Assembly (NCBI GenBank): GCA_002633005.1
Contig: NMRA01000285.1
Coordinates: 1-64,000 of the forward strand
DNA: 64,000 nt
Direction: 5' to 3'
DNA from: Phoronis australis
Taxonomy: Eukaryota; Animalia; Phoronida
Shown here: piece by piece, positions 25,801-38,427 of the stretch
Position numbering within the stretch: position 1 is the first letter of the stretch
Layout of the letters: every line of letters starts with the position of its first letter
Notes under the pieces: model-generated
The model's input: only the letters and a program-made list of their open reading frames with translations
What the model was told of the DNA's origin: nothing
The model's database searches: none
Position numbers and translations under genes: made by a program

Positions 25801-28800
25801 CAAATATTCAATTCAGGAAAATGCACCAGACTCGCATTTAAGATACAAATGATACAAAGTTGGAAAGTACTGCTATGTTCCCACCCACTGAGATTCTGAC
25901 ACGAAGACGAGCGAGTTCCGTGAAAGTCTGACCGACTTTCAAGGAAGTCTCAATCTTATAAATTGGTTGGAGGTGGTATGCCGAGCCTGGGTATACAGAA
26001 GTGAAGATTAGCACAGTTATACTGACTCAAACATGATCTGCCTGTGCAGGTGCACTACCAATGCTAACATTCACAAGGTATTCAATACCCTACCCTGCCA
26101 CTTGTGTTCACCTGAGTAAAGTGGAGTTTGAAATCCCAGCATAGATGTGACTCTACAACAAGAAGTCTCACTACAACATCATATCAGTCCTGTAACATTT
26201 ATCGGCAGATATTCCTGGTAGACATTCAAGTTGTCAGTAGGTAATTGAAAATCAAAATTTTCAGTTAATACACTTTTCGAAAGTTATACATTTTTGTGAT
26301 GTTGTAAGGAGTCCTACCTGGAGGCTTTATTGGCAAGACGTGTCATGTTCCTGGGGAGGCGTGGTGCTCCACGCAAACTGCGCAAGTAACGTCTGACCCA
26401 CTCCTGAACCCCATAGATGCTGTTCAGCTCTGACAGGGTGATACGGGACCAAGGATTTGTGTCGTTGAGATCAAGTGCAGACACAGCTACTGCACGACCG
26501 ACCTAGAAGGACCAGAGTCTTAATTAAAAGCACATAGACTGACTTGACCTCTGCGTTGGATTACACAGCTAGTTGGTTCAAATAACTTGTATATTCGTTA
26601 AAAGGTAACATTATTATGGGTAGATGTTGATAGAAGATCCTGGGCATGAAAATGGGATTAGTCACTTTAAGAGTAAGGTCAATCCCAGGTACTGTGGATG
26701 CTTAAAACAAAATTATCATCGCAAACAGTGTGCTTCTAAGGGAGTTTATAAGTATCGTAAAAATGGTCACTAGACTGTGCAGAATGCGACAAAGCTGTTT
26801 GAAAATGGAAAGGCCTCAGTGTCTCTTTAATATAAAACTATTTGCCAAATTTCACGAAAATTGTCAAGGAACGACCAATGACACAAAGGCAAACATGCCA
26901 ATAGGAGGCACAGCTGCAGTTGGATCCGCACAAAAGTTGTAGGCAGCTGTTGTCACACTTATAGGAAAACACTTGCAAAATTTCAAAAAGATCCTGCAAA
27001 GAAATACATCCATGGATGGGGAAAAAAATCACCACTAGGGGATGCCACAGTTGTCAGACCCATCCAAAAATCAACACGAGCCATAGTCTTTTCATGAGGA
27101 AAACGTCTGCTAAGTTTAATTTGACTGGTTTGGAAGATAAAGAGGCGGACGCAAACAGACTGGAAATAATAAAAATAACTACAACACACCGAATCCATCC
27201 AACAATAAAAGGCATTCTCAGCTCTTAAACTGAGACCTTTTTGACAAATTTCATAAAAATCTATCTACAAACTCCGGAGATACAAAGGTAAATGCAAAAA
27301 ACTGCATCTAGTTTTCATACCACTTGCTGCAGAATGCCATTTCTCTACTATGTACACTTTGGGTCAGTTGGCTGAAGTTTTAACTTTACGTCACACACAC
27401 CCTCACACTAATTAGCTAACTTCATCACAAGAATTATTATCATTCATGCAAAATACCTCTTCCAAATGCACTGGTGTGTATTTAGGTGGGAATCCTGGAA
27501 GTGGTGGAGGTGTTGCCCGACCATCGTCCTTGTGAGCCGGTGCAAGCGAGTTCATCATGCGACCAGTGTTATAATTGCACTCCAGAGTGTAGCTGGAAGG
27601 GTCAAAAAACAACAAGATAAATCATAATGTCAGAAAACTAAACAAATACCATTAGTAACTAATGTTTCCCTTACCATAACTTCATTATTACTTTTTGTCT
27701 ACGGTAAAGACAACGGAAGTTTTCAATACTAGCTTGGAGTGTATAGCCACGGTGAACAACAAACTGAAATTTCGGTCATACATAAGTCATTTAAATGACG
27801 ACATACAAGAGACAGACTAGCATCACATTACCTGTGGATGATACCAATAGCCTTGTGTAAAGCCACCCGTCCACTTCCTTCCTTCGACGCACCATCTCTC
27901 TTATCTTTCATATACATGTTGCGTTCAGTAAAGTTACAGCCAGTGAAGTCGAAGTGAGCGGAGTTCATCGAGATTAGCTTTGGGAACAACATGTTCTCCA
28001 CCTGGAGGACAGTAGAACAATGTAAGAATAGCCTAAATCAGGTAAACATTCGGCCCTTTGCCCAGTGTAAAATAGCCGTACTTTGAAAGAATACCCTAAA
28101 TCAGGTAAACACTGACCCTTTACCCAGTACACATATTTTGTACACGATAGATCGGAGATATGCTAATAATGTAACAGACTGACAGGGACAGAAACCAAAT
28201 ACAGAGTTCAGAAGATTGTGAAATGTCATCAGATGACAGACTGAATTTCCAAATCAAATTACAAATCAGCTGATCATGTTGCGCTTTACAAGCATATCTA
28301 TCGATATTTTTAAGAGACCAAACCTAACAGGACAACCCAATGACATACGCGCATTGCTTACTCATGTACAAAATGCTGACTTGCTATGACAAAGTATGCA
28401 CTGGAATGTATCTGTTTCACCTCACAAAGTCAGGTAAGCCAGCCCAGCTAATTTCTGGTAAATCACCAAACGTCTGATGGAATGCCTATCAACTGAACTT
28501 TTTTCAGTGACATTTTTCAGTCCAATCTGTGATCATGAATACAGTGTCTAAGAAAATAAGGTACGGCATTTTGAAGACGTTTGGGAATGTCTTCTGATTC
28601 GCCTTCCATACACATCTGCGCATTTTGGATGCTATACATTTTAAAGGCTACAGCATGTTCAACAAGACCAACGCAGAGAATTGTGCTTCTAGGGATGTTT
28701 AGTTGCGTCATAAAAATGGCCACCAGATGGCGCAAACTACATCCACACGAAATCCATCCAAAAACGGGAACATGTTATCGTTTCTTTAATACAAAGCTAT

Positions 28801-31800
28801 TTACCAAAATTTATAAAAATCCATGAGAAACAGAGGAAAATGAAATTGCCACTAGGGGGCACAGCGTTTGCCGGATCTGTCTGAAAGTCGTCATGCTCCA
28901 TTGCCAACTTCATCTAAATACACTTGCTAAATTTAATAAAAATCCTGTAGTGGGTTTAGAAGATACAGCTATGGATGCAAAAAAATTGCGACTAGGAGGC
29001 ACCACAGAAGTCAAAGTCATCAGAAAATCCTCGTCAACCATCCTCTTCACACTAAGAAAATATATGTCAATTATTTCAATCATCCTTTGAGTTTGGTTGA
29101 TAAAGGGGTGAACACCATAAAACAGACTCGAAAACAGTAAAAATGGCCACTAGGTGGCGCAAAATATCTTAAATGCGTCCGAATATCGTAAGATAGTGTC
29201 ATCTCATTAATAGAAGCCTATGTGCCAAATTTCATGAAAATCTATTGAGGACCTTTGAAGCTACAGAGGTAAACGTAAAAAAAATGAAATTGCGACTAGG
29301 GGGCACACTGGCATTAGATACAGATGCGAGCCCTGGACACCAGACAGACAGAGATGATGACATAAATTCAAATGTTACCTACAAACATATGTATACCATG
29401 TAATCTCTTCTAAAGGAATCAACAAAGTTTTTAAACTTTAAATTAATTTCTTTGATTATTTGCAACTTCCCTCACAACTTTGTGAAATAAACTCTAAATC
29501 ATATGAATTTATTTCAACACCTGGCAACACTGAGAATTTTATACAATCATTTCCAGGCCGAAAGCTGAAACGCAACCAATTCAGTCCAAAACTCAGTTCA
29601 AGTTTCATAGCCTTAGATACTGAAGTAATTAATAGCAGCTTTTATCACAATATAATGACATGACAACTACAGACCTGCTTGTCTTCTTCTGGGAAGTAGT
29701 TTCCATAAATGAAACAACCTCGTTTCGAGGCGTGGCCGTGGAGGTCTACATAGAAACCAATGCCACTGTCTGCTGGTGAAATTTCAAGAAGTTTTGGGTC
29801 TCGCAGGTGAGCAGCGCTGTCACTAGGCAACACAGGGGCACAGCTTCCCTCGTCGTCAGACCCCTCATTCCCCAAGTTTTCCACAAGGTTCGAATCAAGC
29901 GGAGGAGATTTACGGTCTTGATTGTCTAACGTCACATCATCCATTTGGCATTTCTGAGCGCTATCCACAGGGCTTTTATCAGAATCGATATTCACCTCAT
30001 GTTCTAAAAACTCCAACAATTTGTCTGCATTTTCACTTGTGGAGGAAGAGCACTGGGTCAGGTCAACACTGGCAAGTTTGTCGCACATTTCCTGGAAACT
30101 CAAGTGTTGCAGACTACTCACTTTCTCAAGCACGTTGTTGTTGGTGTGTGGCTGAGGATAGTTACTTGAACTGTTGGAATGTGCCGAAGTACTACTCACA
30201 CTACACTTATCATAGCCACCATTCAATGGCGAGTCTTCAGGGGCAATATTAAGCGACACCGTCTCACACTCAATGCTCGGTTTGGTGGGAAAATTAATAC
30301 GTACTTTGGGCTGGCCATCTTTGTACTTCCTGGAATGCACGTGATGGTAAACCATCAGGCTTTTAGCAGCATAAATTGTTGGATGCAGCTGAATATCCGG
30401 GTCTAGGTAGACACGGTTGAGATTCACACCATTACTGTCAGTACGATAGTGCCCTCTTACCACGCCATCTGGATTGAGCATGGGTATGAGTTTGAATACA
30501 TACTGGTTGCGAAGAGCGACAGCTCGTGGGTCGTTGGGTCGTAATATCATCTCCAGGAAGCCATTGAATACGTGACTGGCAGGTGTCTCACCAGGGTGCA
30601 CCCGACTACTCAGGAAAAACACCTGTGTACAAGAAAAAGTGGAAGTGCATATTTGTGATGAGCAAAATAAACTTAGAATGGCTCAGCGATAGAATTCCAT
30701 GTCTGTTAAGTATTTTTATCATAGTCTATTTAGAGTTGAATATTTAAGTATTGCATTATCCAACAGAACTAATGGATTATGCTCTTATGTTTCCCGTGTC
30801 CCTATGATATGTGTTCAGTCAAACAGAGACCCGAGTCTCATGGATTTTCTAGCCAGACCCAAAAGCACTGCCAACACACTCTAACTCCAAACATCAGACC
30901 GGAAACATTATGGCAATGGGTAAAATGCAGATCTGAAGATGCAGTAGACTTCCCTACACACAGACCTACTGTGAAATCCCAACTGATTGACCAGGCTACT
31001 AGTCTGTTATACTCCACTCAGTCTCCTGTGATAACAGTTAGGTCTGCACAGAGTTCAATCGACAGTACAAGCAGAGTTCAACGCCCATCAACAAACAAGA
31101 ACATTAGATCAGATTTTAAAAAATGAACAGCTACCCTTTTTCCTTTGAATTTCCGACATCTGTTCTCGTTTTCGTTGGGGAAGAGATTCGGATCGAACCG
31201 AGGCTCAAATTTGTCTGTAAGTCCATTACAGTTGGTTATGGTGATCAGATCCATGCGATACTTGTCCAGCGAGTAACAAAGAAGCTCTCTGTGGTAATAA
31301 ATGGTGTCATCAGGACTGTGAAGGAAAAAACACAAATTGTGACAACAGAGGGAAGCACAGTAGAGGAAATGGATCTTCCATGGGAACAAGGACAAGTACT
31401 TTTGATGAGGAAAGGCTTCATCAGAATGGAATAACATACAAATGAGAGTACAATAATTTTTTTAGGACATCAAGAGTTCCAATTATGGTGAAATTATGAC
31501 TTAAATCAGTCTGCACTTTTATTCAGAACTTCATTAAACCTTTCGATCTAAGAACTGTCTCGTAGTTCACCAAGACAATATCCAACAGTGCAACAAACAA
31601 CACAAACAGTTTGTCATGTGTTTATGTGAAAAAGCCCATGTGTATGCATTCGTGTTCACAACTTTTTTCTAGAGTTTGATTTAATACTAACCACTAAGAT
31701 TTTGATTTTTATTTCCGAATTTAAATTCCAACCACAAAACATGATTTGTGGCAACAGCTCAGTGTATATTCCCACTACACGTTTACTATACCAAATCAAA

Positions 31801-34800
31801 ACCCAAGATGGATCAACACCTCACTCCACTTCAGAACCAATCTATTCCTCATTTGGCTAACATCTATGTCACTTTTTGCATCCGATGACAGTCTACAAAT
31901 TCCAACATTTTGAGTCCAGCCTCCAGAATCGAGTTATGTTGAGCCCCAACTATTTCCATAATAAATATCAAGTGCTAGCTGAAAAATGCAAATAGCCCTT
32001 ATGTTTTCTATGATTTTTTATGCTGTGGTGAGAATAGAGCACCTAGTTGTTATGTTTGGCATGATACACTACTTCATTCTTACTTTATCTTACTTTGAAT
32101 TTGTCCATCGTTGAGCCAGCAATGTTATGCTCAATACAGCTTTAACAATTCGTATGTTTTTTAAAAAGCCAAGCGATCACTCGTGTATCAGCTTAAGTAG
32201 GGTGCAAAGCAAGACCAAATTTCATACACATGGCAAATAGTCAAGCTATTTTTTTCACAATTACCAAAAATCGTCAACAGTGGGGATTAGGGCTCATTTC
32301 CAAGCCAAGAATGTTTCATGACAATGACATCACCGCGAGCATGTTCCCTTCCCCAGTTAGCAACTCTTCATCATCATAAAATGATGCCAAGAAAACAAAA
32401 ACAAAATAATCAAAGCAATACTACCTCATAAAGACATAACAGGAGAAAACATATAATCACAGTGCCTACCAGTCGGGTGTGAGTGCTTGACAGTGCTCGT
32501 ATTCTTTGTCTAGTCGCTCAAACTGCTCTTGGCTCTCGACGTATGCCCATGGGTAACAGAAGGCAAAGTAGGTCGTCGTGCCGCGTAACTCTGAGAACCG
32601 GTGAGTGAAGCGCAAGATGAACTCCCCATCAACAGTCTGATAAAGACAAATGGATGTTATTTTAGAGGTAAATGTCAATTCAAAATGCACGTTCATCCAA
32701 CACAAAACGATAGTTAAACTTACACGTCAAGTCATACCCAACTGGTCTGAAATGTTCTCTCCCAGTAAGGCAAAGTGTGACTTATCTCAGGGACAAAGTG
32801 CATGAAGTAGAATAATCTACCGATTAAGAAATTTGTCCAAGTTAAGTGACAAATATGACTTATCCATGTCTGTCTTACACAAGTTTGACTGTAGTTTGAA
32901 GAGAAGTTGACTAATGTATTCCAGATTTGTTCTGACCAAAACTCAGATTGAAAGCTGACGAAAACTAAAAAATATAAATAAGTTAAAATTTTTCTCCGAT
33001 AAACAACAACTACATAATGAGACAGGAAAAACAATGAACATCAACCTTTTAATTAATATCAGTGTTCTCCATAACCTGTTTTGATTTGATACTGTGTCGC
33101 ATTTTAATTTTTGGCTTAGTTGCGTCAAGTATTTCGAGATTAGTCAATTCGTAAGCAAACTGGATTTTTGGTACCAGTTCAATACAATTATTCCATGACT
33201 TGGCATACAAACTCCCCCATTATGGACATGGACTTTCAAACATGTGCTTGAATTTTGCAATTCCAGTCAAATTTGTATTTTCTGTTGTGTAGAACACTGA
33301 ATATGAGAATATTCACAGTTATTATACACAATCATGCATCATGCAGTTACTTAATAAAATGTAGATATTTTTGTGATACTTCCGTCTGAGGTTATGCAAG
33401 ACCCTAGAAAAATGGCCAAATTTGGCCAACTTCGGAACATCATACTTCAGACATGGTTGATCAGATTCATATGAAACTCTAATAGATACTATGCTTTTAA
33501 CACTGCACTGTAAATACAAGGTTAGGAGTTGTTTTTAAAAATGTTCATCTTTTGTCAGAGGGACTTTCAAAAACCAAGCTATCATTGTAATGAAAAAAAT
33601 CAAAAGATGCATATAAACAAAAATGATAGTGATAATTCAGAAAACTGTAACTTCGTTTTTGATATTTCATCTTCGAATATTCATATTAAACAAAATTGTG
33701 ATCATTGTTTTGTTATCAATGTACCTTTTCCTAAATTTAACTAAAAAGACCAAATTTCCACATAACCCATTAATGGCAGATTGGTAAAAAGTCAAAAATC
33801 AAATTCTACAGCCGGACTACTTTCAGAAACTGTATACTTTTATTGAGTTTAAGTATATGGATTTGTACAAATTTAGCTAAATATACATCACCTTATGACC
33901 AAGATGATGGAGGCAAAAAAGCTAGGAAAACCACAAACGTTTCATGCCTTCCACAAAACAGTCATTATATAATCCAAAAACACTTGGTATCCTAAGCTAC
34001 AGGCCAATACCTCAGTACAAAATCAATACAATGTCACCCTAAGATGGCTGTAATTGAGTGCAATGCAAACTTCAACAGATTACAGGCAAGCAGATTAGTG
34101 GATAATTATCAACTAAGATCATGAAGGTAGAGATATTGAAATAACACTTGAACACACAACCATCATGATAAATAAGCAAACAAGGTTTCCATTAACGATG
34201 CCATAAATGATCATCATTCATCGTCAGTCATTTATCAATTATCAATGTAACCAGCGATGAAGCTGAATAAGTCACTTTCAATGCTAAGAAGAGCATCAAA
34301 CCAGCGATGAAGCTGAATAAGTCACTTTCAATGCTAAGAAGAGCATCAAACAATAATGAACTGTCAGTTCTTTCCAAGAACAGAACTTTCTTGTTAACTG
34401 ATAAAGGAACAATAATTCCAGATCTGCTTTGTAATCGTATCGGGCCTTAATCAAAACAACAGACCTTTAGGCAGAGGTCTTGACTTCACAGTTAAAAGTA
34501 CTGGAGAGGAAGGGCAGCTTTAAGAAAACCACTTTGACATTATAATAAATTGCCACTCCATATTCATAGATCCAAACTACTCTTGAACACCGTCATTCTA
34601 ATAGACAACTCTCGAACAAAGTTCCGTTCTTTTATCAATATCATCAAAAGAAAAGTTCATCCAACCTAAACAAAGGAAAGTTAGTTTGATTCCCTTCCCA
34701 TAACCACCTGTACATTGCGTGCATGACTAAAAAAAATGTTTGAAACTTGAATAAACACTGATCTCTTTAATGTAAAAACAAAACCTTGCATCAATAATGT

Positions 34801-37800
34801 TTCTGAAATTAATCAAATCAACCTCTATAAGCATCAAACAAAAATAAAATAATTAACTTACCTGCCTTGCCATTCAGAGGTATAAGGGTAGATATTGGGA
34901 AACAAAAATACATTAAAGACGACATACCTCATTTGCCAATTAACCATATGACACTAACTTGACTACCATCAACATGAATACATACTTCATAGGTCGGCCT
35001 GTCTCTGATTCTTTCCCACTTGTTCTTGCCAGGTAAAGATGTCCTAGTAATAGGTGCATGTCCTTGACTGTACAACTTGCCTTGTTTGTTCATATTCATA
35101 ATGTTGATCTTGATTAACCTGCTTGGGGCGTAGCCACGGATGCCAAAGTAAAACCACGACCTAAAGAAGAATTTCTCATTTGAGTCAAGCTTTGGTGATA
35201 GACCACTTAACATTAAATTTGCACCAATCTCTGTCATACAGTGTATCTTGTCAACGAGGATTTGGTTGGTCAATTCTAGAATCATTATAAGAACTCTGTG
35301 ACCAAACATTCACATATTCATCAATCAAGTCAGACATAATTTTCACTTTCCTACAACCATCAGCTTCTTGAAAAGATTGATTAATGGTCAGAATAGATCT
35401 GACTATTATAATAGGAGAACTGACAGCGACCAGATAAGATGGAGGTGGTATAAATGTGATTTAGAAGTAGTTATGAGTCACACGGTGGTCTGTTCTGAGT
35501 ACTGGGCCTGAGACAACCAAAATATCATTTATAAGTGGCCATGACTAACGAAGTGGTCTGTTCTGAGTACCAGGCCTGCGACAACAATTTAGATATGATA
35601 ATGACTATGGTCTGCTCCCACAACTGGACTTGAAGTTACTAAAATTAACTTGGCACTCAGCTAGAAGACCCCAACACATTAGACTGAAAAATTAATTCAA
35701 AGCAACATACATGTAATTAGTAGTTACTTAATTTTGAACTCAAAGCGTGCAACAAAATTATTGCTTAATTTTCAAGTTGAATTTCAGTTCTCCACAACAG
35801 AAAACTTAGTTTGAAGGGAACTGGAAAACGAACGCATGTGTTTGAAGGTGGGTTGTGTAAACTATATAGTGCCTTCAAATTACAAACTTGGTCCAAACTT
35901 CCAAAACATCCCAATTTGGTGAAGAAATGGCGGATCTCCTAAAAGTTCAAATTCGTTGCTTTTCAAACTTGATGCAAGTGAGCAAAACTTGTCATGGCAA
36001 AAACTTGCTGTGTCATGCCAAACCAGGTTGTGGAGAATGCCGTGTTATGAGAAATTCTTCATGTCACAGGTAATGACATTTACTATCTTTTAATGACAAA
36101 TGCAGATAATAATTGAAAAGATCAAACACAAACAGCAGACGAAAACTATGGAGATCTTAAAGACACACATTAACCCATGAAATAAAACAAATTACGGGAA
36201 AGTTTCATTTGGAACAGAATTGTGCAAATTTCTTTATGCCTATCTGTGTGCAGCAGGGACACTCAGTGACGTATTACGCAGGTATGGAACACGACAACTA
36301 GGTTCACACTACCTGTTGCCATTCTCACACGGGAGTCCAGCACAGTCAGGACTGGTCCATACATTGAACTCATAATCTGGCTTCAGGTCTACCAGAGAGG
36401 AGTATTGATGACTGCCTACAATGAAGTAAGAGAGATAAACGTACCGCCAAATCACTGACATATAAGAGTTTACTTATTTATGGTCCAGCATATTTCAAAA
36501 CAAAATCGTCAGGAAACAGCAGCCTGGGCTACAACCTACAGTAATAAGTTTATTTTCAATTTTCTTATAATCAATACTGACATCCCAGTTACTACGTACA
36601 AATATCAGAATATACCCTAATCATAGGACAGTCTTTCTTGTGGCCTGATTTCTGTGCATGACCTTACATTCCACATCCCATAATGGTCAACGCAGAGTAA
36701 TTCAATGAAATGATCATTGTATATTGATGTGAGGAAATGTGCAGTGTATAAATGTTATTGAGACAACTGTGTTTAACCAGACCTCTGTTTGTTCTGCCTT
36801 TTGTGATTGACAATCATCTGCCTGATAAACCCTGAAATGACTGACACATTGTTTGAATGTAGTTTACTGGCACAAAAACATGCTTGGTAAAAATAAGACA
36901 ACTACAGTAATAAATTTTGTAACATCATTCATTCAGGAAAACAAGAAAAAATCTCTGTAACCGAACCTTCAGAAATTCTTCTGAGAACCAAAAAATTAAT
37001 CCTAAGCCACAGTGCAATGATGTCTGCCACACAATCAGAAATAGACTAATGCCCACCCAAGTTCAGAAGTTGCTTTTACTCTCATAAAACTTTGATGGAA
37101 ATGTAGCAAACATTTTTCCAAAGCTATTATAAACTTACAGTGCTAGGAGTGTGAGAAGACTGCCAGTATATGTCTGTGCATAGATCTATTGTGAACATAC
37201 AAAACTTGGGAGTGTGACAAGACTGTCAGTACGTGTCAGTGTAAATCTACTGTGAACATACAGTGCTAGGAGTGTGAGAAGACTAAGTAACTCTGTATAG
37301 ATCTATTGTGAACATGCAGTGCTTGGAGTGTGAAAAGACTGTCAGTTTTTGTCACTACGAGTGTGAGAAACTGTCAATATAAGTCTATAAAGATCTATTG
37401 TGAACATACAGTAGTAGGAGTGCCAGAAAACTGTCACTATATCTCTATATAGAGCTACTGTAAGCATACAGTGCTAGGAGTGTGACAAAGCTGTCAGTTT
37501 ATGTCTGTATAGATCTATTGTGAACATGCAATGCTTGGAATTTGAGAAGATTGTCAGTCGGTATATGTCCGGATAGATCTATTGAGAGCATGCAGTGCTA
37601 CGAGTGTGAGAAGACTGTCATTATGTCTGTATAGATAGCTAGTGTGAACACAGTGCTAGGAGTGTGAGAAACCTGTCAGTATATGTCTGTATGGATCTAT
37701 TGTAAACAATATACAGTGGTAGGAGCGTGAAAAATCTGTTTTTATACATCTGTATGGATCTATTGTGAACACACAGTCAGTATGTCCTGGTGTGAACATG

Positions 37801-38427
37801 CAGTGCTCAGAGTATATGTCAGTATATGTCTAGATAGATCCATTTTAAACAAACAGTGCTAGGAGTGTGAGAAGACTGTCAGTATATGTCTGTATAGATC
37901 TACTGTGAACATGCAGTGCTAGGAGTTGAGCAGACAACAAGTTTATGCCTGTATAGATACAGGGTGAATGTGCAGTGTTAGCAGAGTGAAACATTGTCAG
38001 TATCTGTCTGCATAGATCTATTGTGAACATGCAGTGCTAGGAGAGTGAGAAGACTGTCAGTATATGTCTGTACAGATCTACTGTGAACATGCAGTGCTAG
38101 GAGTGTCAGAAAATTGTCATTATATGTAGCCACAGATCTATTATGAACATACAGTGCTAGGACTGTGAGAAATCAGCCAGTACATGTCAGTATCGATCTT
38201 TTGTGAACATACAGTGCTAGGAGTGTGAGAAAACAGTGAGTATGTCTGTATAGATTTACCGTGAACATACAGTGCTAGGAGAGTGACTAAAAAAATTGTC
38301 AGTATATATTGGTAATCTAATTACCAGTATCATCCTCCTCTTCTTTCGCGACACGCTCAACACGAGCGAGGTTGCCAGAGTCAAATTTTGACGTGAACAG
38401 CAGGCCACCACAACGAAATTCCGGCAT
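19638..38427 (-). CDS. AGBL5: Cytosolic carboxypeptidase 5 (M14 family tubulin deglutamylase); 13 coding exons traced, terminal exon uncertain
   Basis: N-terminus [24 protein letters not shown] matches the AGBL5 N-terminus as I recall it. Further motifs: [79 protein letters not shown]. All exon phases are compatible. Confidence 0.96.
20077..20226. repeat. 76-bp tandem duplication
   Basis: CTGTTATCAATCAAACATACCGTC... at 20077 and 20153. Confidence 0.85.
20395..22832 (+). repeat. Same repeat family, copy 2, split by the LINE insertion
   Basis: Shared head GCACTGCAAAC...CTTCTA.GG..GTTT and the same subunit motifs; GCCATAG at 21023 resumes as GAACACATC at 22034. Confidence 0.65.
21024..22033 (-). 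mobile_element. 5'-truncated non-LTR retrotransposon (RNase H plus C-terminal CCHC finger; I-group, Loa/Lian-like), frameshifted
   Basis: HTDGSK...TGAGVY...[12 protein letters not shown]...[21 protein letters not shown] (ORF 21561..22055), then [11 protein letters not shown]...CPEC...[11 protein letters not shown] (ORF 21139..21606); no RT domain present. Confidence 0.9.
22891..22961 (-). CDS. AGBL5: AGBL5 small exon
   Basis: cttttgcag acceptor, gtgtgt donor; [23 protein letters not shown]; phases fit both neighbours. Confidence 0.68.
24150..24545. repeat. 22-23-bp minisatellite, about 17 copies
   Basis: Unit ACATTTGCTACAGCAGGCCCCA. Confidence 0.93.
24548..25041 (-). CDS. AGBL5: AGBL5 exon (Ser/Thr-rich tail)
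   Basis: 494-nt open exon in phase with its neighbours; overlaps ORF 24539..24964; gtatgt donor. Confidence 0.82.
25371..25555 (-). CDS. AGBL5: AGBL5 exon (low-complexity C-terminal tail)
   Basis: Open, phase-compatible exon with ttttcag acceptor and gttggt donor; [15 protein letters not shown]... Confidence 0.82.
26318..26502 (-). CDS. AGBL5: AGBL5 exon
   Basis: [45 protein letters not shown]... Confidence 0.93.
26690..27305 (+). repeat. Same repeat family, copy 3 (partial)
   Basis: GTGCTTCTAAGGGAGTTT, AAAATGGTCACTAG, TTTGCCAAATTTCACGAAAA. Confidence 0.6.
27457..27592 (-). CDS. AGBL5: AGBL5 exon (catalytic Glu in YTLEC)
   Basis: [45 protein letters not shown]. Confidence 0.96.
27832..28001 (-). 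CDS. AGBL5: AGBL5 exon
   Basis: [56 protein letters not shown]. Confidence 0.96.
28660..29360 (+). repeat. Same repeat family, copy 4
   Basis: GTGCTTCTAGGGATGTTT, TGGCCACCAGATGGCGC, GCCAAATTTCATGAAAATC, CAGACAGACAGAGAT tail. Confidence 0.65.
29675..30622 (-). CDS. AGBL5: AGBL5 large catalytic exon (zinc ligands in HPGE and DLHGH, long internal insert)
   Basis: [16 protein letters not shown]...[22 protein letters not shown]...[19 protein letters not shown]; 948 nt, phase 0 at both ends. Confidence 0.97.
31135..31315 (-). CDS. AGBL5: AGBL5 exon
   Basis: [31 protein letters not shown]...KFKGKR. Confidence 0.96.
32470..32636 (-). CDS. AGBL5: AGBL5 exon
   Basis: [32 protein letters not shown]... 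Confidence 0.95.
34249..34351. repeat. 50-bp perfect tandem duplication
   Basis: CCAGCGATGAAGCTGAATAAG... at 34251 and 34301. Confidence 0.88.
34986..35160 (-). CDS. AGBL5: AGBL5 exon
   Basis: [33 protein letters not shown]...[11 protein letters not shown]. Confidence 0.96.
36313..36415 (-). CDS. AGBL5: AGBL5 exon
   Basis: [33 protein letters not shown]. Confidence 0.94.
37130..38310. repeat. Diverged minisatellite of about 60 bp, about 19 copies
   Basis: Unit CAGTGCTAGGAGTGTGAGAAGACTGTCAGTATATGTCTGTATAGATCTATTGTGAACATA. Confidence 0.93.
38325..38427 (-). CDS. AGBL5: AGBL5 first coding exon (acceptor just above 38464 implies an upstream non-coding exon)
   Basis: ATG at 38427; [34 protein letters not shown]; gtaatt donor. 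Confidence 0.94.

Noticed and set aside
30037-31434. Plus-strand ORFs over AGBL5 exons (also 19695, 24588, and minus-strand 1014 and 4842 over the cyclase)
   Set aside because: Antisense shadows of real exons.
8690-33900. Additional AT-rich dispersed repeat fragments (about 8.7-8.9, 13.5-13.7 and 33.3-33.9 kb; also about 5.75-6.35 kb versus 54.5 kb)
   Set aside because: Similarity is visible, but ends and class could not be defined by eye, so they are not called as discrete features.
37130-38310. Regularly spaced repeats resembling a CRISPR array (also 548-820 and 24150-24545)
   Set aside because: Units are contiguous and similar along their whole length with no unique spacers, there are no cas genes, and the context is eukaryotic intron.
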